From Stegostoma tigrinum (lineage: Eukaryota): 64,000 nt of DNA. This document shows positions 50,071-61,344 of the stretch, piece after piece (within the stretch, counting starts at the first letter, position 1; each line of letters begins with the position of its first letter). Below the pieces are notes generated by a model that was not told where the DNA came from, did no database searches, and worked only from the letters and a program-made list of their open reading frames with translations. The position numbers were made by a program, and so were the translations under genes. The DNA lies in assembly GCF_030684315.1 (NCBI RefSeq), contig NC_081396.1:9043628-9107627 (forward strand), given 5' to 3'.

Positions 50071-53000
50071 GGCTTCTGTCACTGTGAATTAATGCAGTTT
50101 AGCTTCACATTCTCGTATTTCAGTCATTTCCAATTGTCCTGAGACAACATCCATTTCGAATAAAATCAGTTTCTCCACCTACAAAGGCTACCAAATTGAT
50201 TTTAATTGGTTTTGAATTCCTGTTCTTTGTGACTACACTTCGAGCAGAAACAGAAACCTATTCCCCAGCTGGAAATTACGCTGGGACATCCTGATGTTAC
50301 CCTCTAGCTCTAAACACGAGAAAATCAAATAATTTGCCTGTATACAAAGAAAGTTTGCTGACTGATGCTACTTCGGAACAGTGGACCAACTGTGTCACAC
50401 TTCTACTGCAGACTATCGCTTACTGTCCCTTTTGTTAATTTCACACTATGAGCCCTGACTTCAAAACAAAACATAGAATATGAGGAATACTCAGTACAAA
50501 TGCCTGGAGAGATAAGAACAGCCAATGCTTTCGCTTGATGATACATGTCATCCACCTGAGATACAACAGGCAATAAAAAATTCGATCGGGCAAATATTGA
50601 AAAATGATTTAGTTTTGATTCAGGTAGGCAAAATAATTTGGGGAGACGTTTGGAGGAAGTATTCAGCACGCACAAAAAGTGACAGACCATTTTTGAGATG
50701 AGAGTTTGAAGAATGGCAGAAACAACCCAGGTCAAATAGGTGAGGTTCTGATACCCATCACTGGACCCACAACATTAACTCTGATATTTTCTTCAGAGTT
50801 GCTACCCTTCCTGCTAAGCTTTTCCAGCAATTTCTGCTTTTATTCCTGATTTACAGCATCCGCTGTTTTTTCGGTTTTCATTGAGGATGCAGAGTTGTCG
50901 CTCTTTCGTAAAATTTAAGAGAATATTTGTAGGTAATATTTTAGGCCCATGAAATTATGTTTTGGGTAGGTTTCGTGCACTGGATCTTGCTATCTATACA
51001 CTGCCATCATCTTGTTTCAGAATGGTCTGTAAATCGAACTGTAACTGTCAGATTGGTAAAGACGGTTCGGATATAGTAGTATTAAAAAGAAAGTCAGCAG
51101 ATTAGAAAGAAGGAAAGTCCAAGGAGGAAACTGGAATGGAAAAGATTTGAGACGCGAGTAAAAGTACACTGGGGTTGAGTATCTGAAAAGGATATTGTTT
51201 GAAATGAAGTTTTAGGATTTTTGTTGATTTTATTAATAGCTTTATTAAGTGTCATATGTAAAACTTATATTGGTGCCTTTTGTGTCTTGAATTCCCTCCA
51301 ACTTGAAGAGTTTCTTATCAGCAATTCAACCTCGACGACTCCTGATATTGAACACTTCTATTTTAATTTCTCTCAAGCTTTTCTTCCTTCAGTATGACAG
51401 CCCCAGAATCTTCAAAATCTCTTTGTAACCCAAATCAATCATTACTGAGATAATTTTGGTACAACGTTTCTGCACACGACCTAATGCTTTCAAATTCATT
51501 TGAAATGGTGCTACAGGAAGTTTAAACGTTCAGGAAATCTTACATTACTGTTATAGTCCAAACAAACACCTATATTTAAACTTTTGGATCTGTAATTTTG
51601 TCCTGACACCTTCTTGTGCTTTTATGCACATGGTTTCACTTGGTTTTGTTGGGAGTTCAGCTCCCCGCTGCATCAACCCGCGGCATTCAAAATGTTCCGA
51701 GTGTTGGAACACAGTTGTATTACAAGCTAACAATCTTGAAAAATAAGAATCTGAATTTGATGAGATCAATTTCTTCGGACAGATGTGTGATCCGTCCCGA
51801 GGGAATGTCACAAGGATCCTGCACTCATTAAATTCTAATCTTGCAAATACAGCAATTGTTCTATTACTTTCAAGAAAGGCTGTTGGGAACCGATTCATTT
51901 CTGATGAAAATGTGAAGAGGTCTCATGTCCCTTGGAGGGTCTGACAGATGACAAAGGGATCTTGAGGTGATGGTACAAATAATTAGAAACATAGCAGTCA
52001 CAAGAAACAAAATGATGCACTGGGGCTAGTTCTAATTTTATTGAATTGAAAAGCTGTGTAATAACACTGCTCTTACACTGGACTGCATTAGAATACATTG
52101 CTGTTGTTTGGGTTTCCATATTGACACTCATGTTTTATTTTTGTGATCAGGGCTTCACGTTTATATATTGCAGAAATCTGTAAGTAATAGTCAAGCACTT
52201 TCAGCCATCTTGTGTTAGCTAAACAAATCAAATTCCAGATTGGCCATCTTTTCACCTCGGTCATGGGCTGCTAAGACAGCAAGCAAAATTGAACTTTTTG
52301 GAAAAAAACTCACTAGGTCTGTGGAGAGAAATTAATATTGCCGTTTTGGGTCGACTGACCTTTCTTCAGTCCTCTTTCCTCGATCTTGAGTTCTGCAGAA
52401 GAGTCACTCCACCGAAAACATTAAATTTGCTTTGTCTCCACCTGTTGGTGTCAGATATACAATTTCTCATTTTTTGCTCCAATATTTCGGAGATGCATCG
52501 GATTGTGGACAGACTGGAAGCGATAGTGTTAACATCACATAGCCGAAATGGTGTGAAAGCAAGCGTCCTTCTCCCCATAAACATCTTCACAAGTCGTTTT
52601 GGGCTAAATAGCCTGATTCTGCTGTTTTGTCCAATGTTATTCCATGTAATACGCCCGATGACCCCGATTCGAAGCACATTGTGAAAACATATGACTCATA
52701 TGACACATGGTTGCCAATGGATGGGTCTTTTTCGAAATACTTTTCTTTTTCGAAATTTGTGCCAGAAGTTGTTAGAGTACGAAGCCATTAATTCATATGC
52801 ACAGATACCTGTCATAAGTAGAAAGCCATCAGCTGTAAAAATTGCACGCACTTTTTTTCTATTATTTCATAAACGTATAAGTCAAGTTAAACTTATAATA
52901 ATTTACATCCAGATCTGTGGATATTGTTAAAAATTGAGCAATTTTCATAGCATTAGTGACCACTCTCATGTTCGCCATTGCTCATGACATCCTCCTGCCA

Positions 53001-54885
53001 GGAACCCATATAACTGCCAAATTGGACCGACTGCAAACACGAAAATGCTACAGCAATTATCTTCCGGTGAAGGAAATATTTTGTGATACCTTAATTCTTT
53101 TAAAAAGAATGGTTCCATACGAAAGTTACATGTGGACTCACCGTGATTACCACCACCACTTTAAATTATAAATGTTGTTAAGTTCAAAAAGGGTCCCTGT
53201 ATGATCGTACCTTACACAGTGGGCCTACCTATGGAACAGAAATTGATAAATTACATACTATATTTAGTGTGCAGCCAACAGTTTTGGAAACTGTGAGGTC
53301 CATTTTAACACTAAGAATTGGTTTCATGTTCTGGATAATTAAAAAAAGCTTTTTTTTGATAGAAAATAACCAATGGCCAAACATTGTGAAGTTTCTAATG
53401 TGTATATTTCAGTCTGAGTTTCAGTTGCCACCTGCCCCAGATAAATATCTTTCGTTTCACTGCCATTCTTCAACGAATGTGCAATGTTATTGACATAAAG
53501 GACAAAACTGTTTGATCTGTCGATTTTACCGTGAAAAAGATTCCTTGTTAATAAAGGAGACCTGTCGTTAGTGCTATTTTAACAGCTGATGGTCAGTTGA
53601 TGTGAATTGCGCACTACTGTGTGTAACCTGACAGGGACAGATGTGGTCCAAATAAGTCAGTACGAAACAGGTGCACTTCCGATTCTAACGGTTGTTTTTC
53701 ATCTCCAACTGACTCTTAGGTGGAAGAAAAAGGACAGTGATAAAATGATTTCGTAGAAGGTTTTTCAACAACTGCACAGACTGCTGACACAGTATATTCA
53801 CAGCACAATTGCATTTCGTGGTGAAATCAACAAAGTAATGATGTTGTTTAATTAAGATAGAAATTGATATGGAAATATTTTCATGCAATACAGAGAATGT
53901 TGAGGTGGCTACTTGTGCACGCACGTAATTTAAACTTGCAAATGATACGGACAGGAAAACCTTCAGGAGAAAATCTTTTACAAAATGTTTTGATAATGTA
54001 GCCATTGTGTCGAATTTGGAACCCGAACCAACATTTTTCACTGTTTTGTGACCTTAAGGCGTCCAAAAACGCTTTTCAGCAAAGCTTTTTTTTCAGTCCC
54101 TACATATTGCAAGAGGAATTATTGACACAGCATGCTGTCAAAACAATAAAATGAACAAGAACAGATATTGCCTTGTGGTGGTTTCTGTTCTGGGAGAATA
54201 ATGGCTCGGGCACAGGGCTCTCCTGCCCTTCAAGTGGCATCTTTGAATATTTAACCAACATCTGCAGATTAAGGATTGGCCCTGTATTTGATATCTCATG
54301 CATGTTGATTCCATGTGCAGTTATTGCATTGTGAGTGCCTCTCCCTACCAGGTGAACAATTGGTGGAAATCCATATAATGGCAGTCAGCAACATGATTTT
54401 TCATCTGGGTGTGTGTTGAAGAAGATGTGGAGCATGAGAAGAAACAGATGTGGAGATCACATTATTTATGAAAGGAATCCAGTGGTTATGGGTGCAATGG
54501 CTGAAGAAATTACAGCAGATGATGTTGTGATGTAATTCAGGAAGTGCGGGGGCATTGGGAACTTTTGAGGGTGCATTAAGTACAGACTTAGAGACGAACA
54601 AAGTCATGGAGTGATTGGATGAAAATAAAGAAATAGATGAGGATCTTAAAATATTGTCGTTTGTTAAATGGAATACACCAGGGCTGAGAGGACGGGCTGT
54701 GGGTAAACTTATGATCCTGCAAATTGACAAAAGATTTCTGATATACTCGAGCTGATGAGTTCCAGCAAATGGAATGGTGATCAAATCTGTGCTTGGTTAT
54801 CACAATGGCAATGGTTTCTGAAGTGCAAGATGAGGGTGAGCACTGTGACACTGGTGAAGCATACACAGAAAGTAAAGCAGACTAT

Positions 54886-55125
54886 GTTTTTACCATAGAT
54901 AATTGGAACTGCAGATGCTCGAGAAACCGTGATAACAACGAGTGTAGCTGGAAAAACACATCAGGGCAAACATCATCTTAGGAGCTCAAAATATGACGTT
55001 TTGAGCCTGGACCCTTCATCAGAAAAAAATTTTAATGAGGGGTCTAGGCCCGAAACGTCAGCTTTTGTGCTGTTAAGATGAAGCTTGGCCTGCTGTGTTC
55101 ATCCAGCTCCACACTTTGTTATCTA
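54886..55125. mobile_element. Palindromic Penelope pLTR-derived insertion with two divergent hammerhead-like cores
   Basis: Minus-strand CTGATGAAGGGTCCAGGCTCAAAACGTC (55022-54995) and plus-strand ATGAGGGGTCTAGGCCCGAAACGTC (55035-55059); absent at the paralogous site near 33235. Confidence 0.8.
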
Positions 55126-56167
55126 TGCCATTGCCATAACACGAGTAGTATCTCCTTATTTCCCTTCAGTTTTTGTAATCAATTTATACAGTAAGATAAA
55201 ATTTATCGAAACTTATTGAAATTCATTCACGAAGGAAACAGAGATTGAAATAGTGAAAGGTAGTTTTCTTCTGGGAAAGTGAGTGTAACAACAAAGCCCA
55301 GAATGTGTCACGAAATTTAAAGTGTCGGATAACATAGCACTGACAACAAGTCTAGAGGAGTGAGGTGAAATTCTCCTAACCTCGGGGACAACATTCTGCC
55401 ATTTGCATCCTCCCTACAGTGCCATCCTTCAGTCCAGCCTTTCTACCTTCCATCCTTCCTTCTGTTTATGCTCACTAATTCTATTCCTACACTGTTGATG
55501 TATATGTCTGCAATGCTTAAATAAGCACTGTGGAGTCTCTGTGAGACCATTTCTGCGTGCATACTTAAATTACGGGTTCCCTGAACAATACAGTGGTGGT
55601 TATTCGATGACCTTTCCATCTGACACGATGTTTTGGTTCTGAATCTTTGCACCAGTGTCATATGCTGAGGTGAGCCATATTGAAGTTTCCCTGCTTATTG
55701 GAGAGACAGCTGCGTACAATTTGTGCCGATTTCATTATCGTTTGAATTCATCTTTTGTAGATTGTGTAAATAAAAAAGAGTAAGACTTGTCTTTACATGG
55801 CACCTTTCACCATTTCAGGATTTCACAATGCGGGACCACATTTCGCATTAAAGCTGTGTTTGGAGGGAGTACTCATTTAAATGCAGTTCCAGGGGCTCCG
55901 CTGCACTTCTTGCAATACAGCACGAATCTTAAACGTGCACTGGAGGCAACAAATGAGGTCCAGTTTCACACTTCATTCAAAAAATCTTTCAGCACTTCAC
56001 TGAAATGTCATCTGCAGTTATCGACACAAATCTCAGCGTTTGATTGTCAAACGTGTTTGCTCTGTGCGAAGAGTGGTCCCTCTGATCTACCGCAGTATGG
56101 GATTGACAGGATACCCAGGTCTGGATGAGGCAGAGAATTCATGAAGGGCATCTCACTCAGAGCTGAT

Positions 56168-56206
56168 AGTATTTGTACCAGTGCCAAGCATATCCATACT
56201 ATGGTG
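56168..56206 (-). promoter_or_regulatory. 23-bp-spacer recombination signal sequence of V2
   Basis: Minus strand CACCATA, 23 nt, ACAAATACT, after the YYCATVN codons. Confidence 0.75.
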
Positions 56207-56514
56207 ATTCACGGTCGCACAGTAATACATGGCCGTGTCAGACACTTGGGTGTCCGTGATGTTTAAAGGAATGTTTGTGTTAATTTTGTCCTGTACAGCA
56301 GAAAACCGCTTTGCAAAACTCGGTGCGGTGTGTTCATTACCTGAAGTGTGTCTTACCAACATGTACTGAAGGCCTTTTCCTGAGTACTGCACATACCAGA
56401 ACAGATCAGCGGCTGTGTAGGTCATGGGGTAGTTACAGGACAACACCACAGTCTCTCCTTCACTCACTGATACGACTGGTGGCGTTTGGGAAAGTTCATT
56501 CTGTCCGCAAGGCT
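56207..56514 (-). CDS. TCR alpha/delta-type V segment V2, V exon (apparently intact)
   Basis: SQTPPVVSVSEGETVVLSC...LFWYVQYSGKGLQYML...RFSA...LNITDTQVSDTAMYYCA has all V-set hallmark residues; acceptor tttccag at 56516-56515. Confidence 0.9.
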
Positions 56515-56950
56515 CTGGAAAATAAATAGTTACAAACGTAACTTTTACATGTAACATTTATTTCAGTTTGGATGACAAGGGCCTGTACTGTGCTGCAATG
56601 TTCTATGTTCTATGTTCTAAATGCCTCATTGAATACGGGTGCACTCACCTCACATCTTTTCTAGCGTTCACCTACACAGCCAAGGTTTTTGCCCCTTGTT
56701 TTGCTTATCACCGCAAGTTGTTTCTCGGTATGCTGTTCAGCCGAGAGAGAGCAGGTCAAGGGCGAACATTCCTTTCTGAAAATCTCCCTTTGTGACAGCA
56801 ACAGGCCTGCTTCTTTAAATAGTAAAAGACACTGACTCCTGATCAAAGCCCCTGGAAGTATGTATCAATAACAGATAGAAATATAAAAGAAAGAAGATGA
56901 GCAGTGAAAATAACAAGGATGCTAACAATACAATCGGGCAAAATACCTAC

Positions 56951-57026
56951 TCGGCAGAAGCATTGTGAGGAAAAATAACACTTTCACAGACACTGGTTTG
57001 GTCACAGAGAGGACGAGAAGAAACAT
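56951..57026 (-). CDS. Leader exon of V2 (MFLLVLSVTKPVSVKVLFFLTMLLP)
   Basis: 76-nt ATG exon, hydrophobic, phase-1 donor A|GTAGGT in frame with the V exon. Confidence 0.72.
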
Positions 57027-57109
57027 TCATGTTGTTTTCTCAGTCAGTACTCCTGTCGTCTGCGGAAGTATGTGCTGCGTGCTCTGTTAGCTTTCACAAG
57101 TAGAAAAAC

Positions 57110-57187
57110 CTGGACTTTATAGATGATATGGACATCGCATCATTTATTTGGCAACCCAGCAGCTGACAGGTCCCGTGGAGGAAGTGG
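57110..57187 (-). promoter_or_regulatory. Candidate V2 promoter (TATA, E-box, Ets)
   Basis: CTATAAAG (57122-57115), CAGCTG (57160-57165), GAGGAAGT (57178-57185). Confidence 0.45.
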
Positions 57188-59776
57188 TGGGAAGGACAAA
57201 CAACGTGAACAAGTCAGAAGAAACCTCATCATTGCAACTGCACCTGAGCCTCAACAGTGACTTTCTCCCATGACCATCATTTTCATAAATTGAAGTAAAC
57301 ACCATTTCATTTATGTATGTTATCATCAGCCATTTAGCAGACGATGGCGACCATTTCAATGGAATCATTTATTGACCATCCCTAATTGCCCCCAACAAGG
57401 CAGGGAAAGCTGAATTCTTGATGGACAGTTGTCTTTGACACGCAGCCAAATTGTACAAAGCAATTAAGAATGGAGATCCATTATTCTGACTTTGTAAGAG
57501 TGACGGGGTGGCATCTGCCACCTTTATTGGTCTCCTTGGTGAAGGTGATGGTCCTGGAACGTTCTCTGAGGGATACTTCACAAGTTTCCACAAGCTATTT
57601 TATCTTTAGTAAACTCTGCCGTCATTGTACAGGGAGAGGGAATGTTTATGGATCAGATGCCATTCAAGTGGCTTGCTTCCCCTTAGATTGTGTCGAGCTG
57701 CATGAGTTTTGATGCAACTAAGCACGTCCAGGCACGTGAAGAGTATTTCATTGCTCACTTATGCACTGATGATGCTTTCGAATCTTTGGGCAGACTGGTT
57801 TGATGTGCTGTCTGTCGCACTCGTCGCTGCTGATGCATTTTGCCTATGACAATATTCATACAGATTTCCCAGTTCAGGTTCAGGATGATGTCACCCACAG
57901 GACATTGATTGTGTGAGATGGAGTGTGGGCAATGCCATTGACTGCCAAGAAAAGAGCGCAAGGTTCTCTTACTTTTCAGAAAGTCATTTACAATCCTTCT
58001 GACCAACATTGTTATTTTCCCATTCTCACTGTCTTTACATGTCAGATGCTTCATAGCCCGATGAGTCAGAAGACAAAGACAGGGAAGCTGATGATTCCAT
58101 TGGGGATGATGATGCTCTGGAAAATGTTATCATTTATTAGGAGCAAGTATGATATTGTTTAGATATTATAAAGTTGCACATATCCACGTGGTCTGATAAG
58201 ATGTATCCCCAGACATCTTTGGGAAACAAGGGAGGAGAATTCTGCGCCCCTAGCGGAGATATTTAATATAACCTTTGTTCAAGAAGTGCAGCAGGGATAG
58301 GCGAGGTCATTACAGGCGGGTGATTCTGAGATCAATGGCAGAGAATACGTTGGTAAAAGGTTCAGAGGGACAGGAATAATCAACACATGAAAAAGCAGGG
58401 ATTGCTGAGGGATAGTCAGAATGGATTTGTAAAAAGGAGATCATGTCTGACTAAATTAATTGAGTTTAAATTTGACTGGTAGTAGTGCCATTGATGTGTC
58501 TACATGGACAAGGTGCTACATATAAAGTTAGTCCAAAACGTTATACATTATTACCATGGGTTCAAGGCTACTTGGCACATTGGTTCCAAAATTGGCTTGC
58601 AAGCATGAGGCAAAGGGTAATGGTGGAGAGATGCTTTCGTGATTGGAAGCCTTTGACCAGAGGGGTACCACACGAAATGGTACCTGTTGTTGATTGTGTG
58701 TATTAACGACTTGGATGTGAATGTAGAAGGTATAATTAGCAAGCTTGCAAATTGCAAGTAAATTGATATTGTTGTTGTTACTGAGGAGGATGATCTCAGG
58801 ATATAGTCTGATACTGAGCAGCTGATAAAATGAACAGTGGTGAATGACACACAGGAAAAAATGCCTTCCGAGAGTATTTGGGCCTTAGAATGCATTTAGA
58901 ATAGTATGGTACATGTGAATTCAGCGATTTATAAACGAAATTGAATAGCTAGCTGAAGAAGTGAAAATTGTAAGCATGTCTTGACACATTTGAAGCATTG
59001 TTCGACAAAAGAACCAGTGCAAACACATTATGTTGAATACCCGCTTTTGTGTTCGGCAAATCTGTGATTGTATAAAAAGAGCAGTGTAAAAATGAAATTA
59101 TTTGATTGTATTGTGGGCATATCTACAAATCAATGTGCAGTCATTGAATAATTGTCTTCACCAGCATGGTACCACGCCATGGTAATAATATTGAGCTCGT
59201 CAGCAATGCCAATATCCCACCCGAGTTTTGATCATGGAACAGGGAGTTCCCAACAAGACATCAACACAATGTCAAAAATGCATCATTTCCTGAATGTTTT
59301 CAGAAGGGATGTCAGTATATTGCAGGGTTTAGCTATAATTTTGCATACCTAAACAGCTAATAGCATAATCAGAGGTTTTCTTTGGTGTACATTGTTCAAG
59401 TTGTCCATTCTATCCATTATTACCTTCAAATAATATCGCAAAGCATGGAATAGTCACTCTCTGCAATTTCATTATCGCATACTCATGTGCTTTTGTTTTC
59501 CACCATGGACTGACTGAAACATTTTGTAAGAAAAGTTATTTTGCTTAATTCCCGATCCCAAAAATTCTAAGTATTCTTTCTGATCGAGTGACATTTCCTT
59601 TACTTTGTCCTTCTCTGAATGGTTTTTACAACTCTTTTATCTCTACAAAACAACTTGAGAAACCAACACCTGTTTTTCTATCTGTTTCAGCAGCAAAGGT
59701 TTCCAAAATGATTTTTAAGATTGAATACCTGTTTGCCATGACCAATGATTTCTGATAAAATATTTCAAACGCCACC

Positions 59777-61302
59777 CTGACTGGAGGTGGCTGAGGAAAT
59801 AGCGGAGGCTTTGGTCGTGATCTTTCAAAAGTCACTGGAGTCAGAGAAAGTCCCAGATGATTGGAAAATTGCTGTTGTAACCCCCTTGTTTAAGAAAGGA
59901 TCATGGCAAAAGATGAAAAATCACAGGCCGATTAGCCTAACCTCGGTAGTTGGTAAAATTCTAGAATCCATTGTCAAGGATGATATTTCTAAATGCCTGC
60001 AAGTGCAGGGTCAGATTAAAACAAGTCAGCATGGATTTAGTAAGGGGAGGTCGTGCCTGACAAACCGTGAGAATTCATTGAAGAGGTAATAAGTATGTTA
60101 GACCAGGGAAACCCAGTAGATGTTATCTATCTAGACTTCCAAAAGGCCTTTGATACAGTGTCTCACGGGAGGCTGCTGAGCAAGATGAGGGCCCATCGTG
60201 TTCGAGGTGAGCTACTGGCTTGGATTGAAGATTGGCTGTCTGACAGAAGGCAGAGAGTTGAGATAAAAGGCTCTTTTTCGGAATGGCAACTGGTGATGGG
60301 TGGTGTCCCGCAGGGTTCAGTGTTGGGGCCACAGCTGTTCACCTTATATATTAATGATCTCGTTGAAGGGACTGGGGGCATTCTGGCGAAGTTTGCCGAT
60401 GATTAAAGATAGGTGGACAGGCAGGTCGTACTGAGGAGGTGGGGAAGCTGCAGAAAGATTTAGACGGTTTAGGAGAGTGGTCCAGGAAATGGCTGATGAA
60501 ATTCAATGTGAGTAAATGTGAGGTTTTGCATTTTGGAAAAAAGAATACAGGCATAGACTATTTTCTAAACGGTGAGAAAATTCACAAATCAGATGTGCAA
60601 AGGAATCTGGGAGTGTTGGTCCAGGATTCTCTAAAGGTTATTTTGCAGGTAGAGTCCATAAAAAAGAAAGTGAATGTAATGTTGTCGTTTATCTCAAGAG
60701 GGTTGGAATATAAAAGCAGCGATGTACTTCTGAGGCTTTATAAAGCTCTAGTTAGGCCCCATTTAGAATACTGTGTCCAATTTTGGGCCCCACACCTCGG
60801 GAAGGACATACTAGCCCTGGAGCGTGTCCAGCGAAGATTCACACGGATGATCCCCGGAATGGTAAGTTTAACGTATGACGAACGGCCAAGGATCCTGGGA
60901 TTGTACTCATTAGAGTTTAGAAGGTTGAGGGGAGATCTAATAGAAACTTACAAGATAATGTATGGTTTAGAAGGGGTGGATGCTAGGAAGTTGTTACCGT
61001 TAGGCGGGGAGACGAGGACCCATGGACACAGCCTTAAAATTAGAGGGGGTAAATTTAAAACTGAAATGAGACGACATTTCTTCAGCCAGAGAGTGGTGGG
61101 CTTGTGGAATTCATTGCCGCAGAGTTCAGTGGAGGCCAGGACGTTGGATGCCTTTAAGGCAGAGGTTGGCAAATTCTTGATCTCAAAAGGAATCAAGGGC
61201 TACGGGGAGAGTGCAGGGAAGTGGAGTTGAAATGCCCATGATTTAAATGGCGGAGAGGACTTGATGGGCCGAATGGCCTTACTTCCACTCCTATGTCTTA
61301 TG
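59777..61302 (+). mobile_element. Young 5'-truncated CR1 LINE (RT domain, frameshifted)
   Basis: ORF pieces 59787-60089, 60095-60406 (GVPQGSVLGP, KFADD) and 60439-61230; TCTTATG tail; absent from the paralogous site near 37660. Confidence 0.93.
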
Positions 61303-61344
61303 GACATATTGTTTAAAATAAATTAACAGGTTATCCTCATTTGC

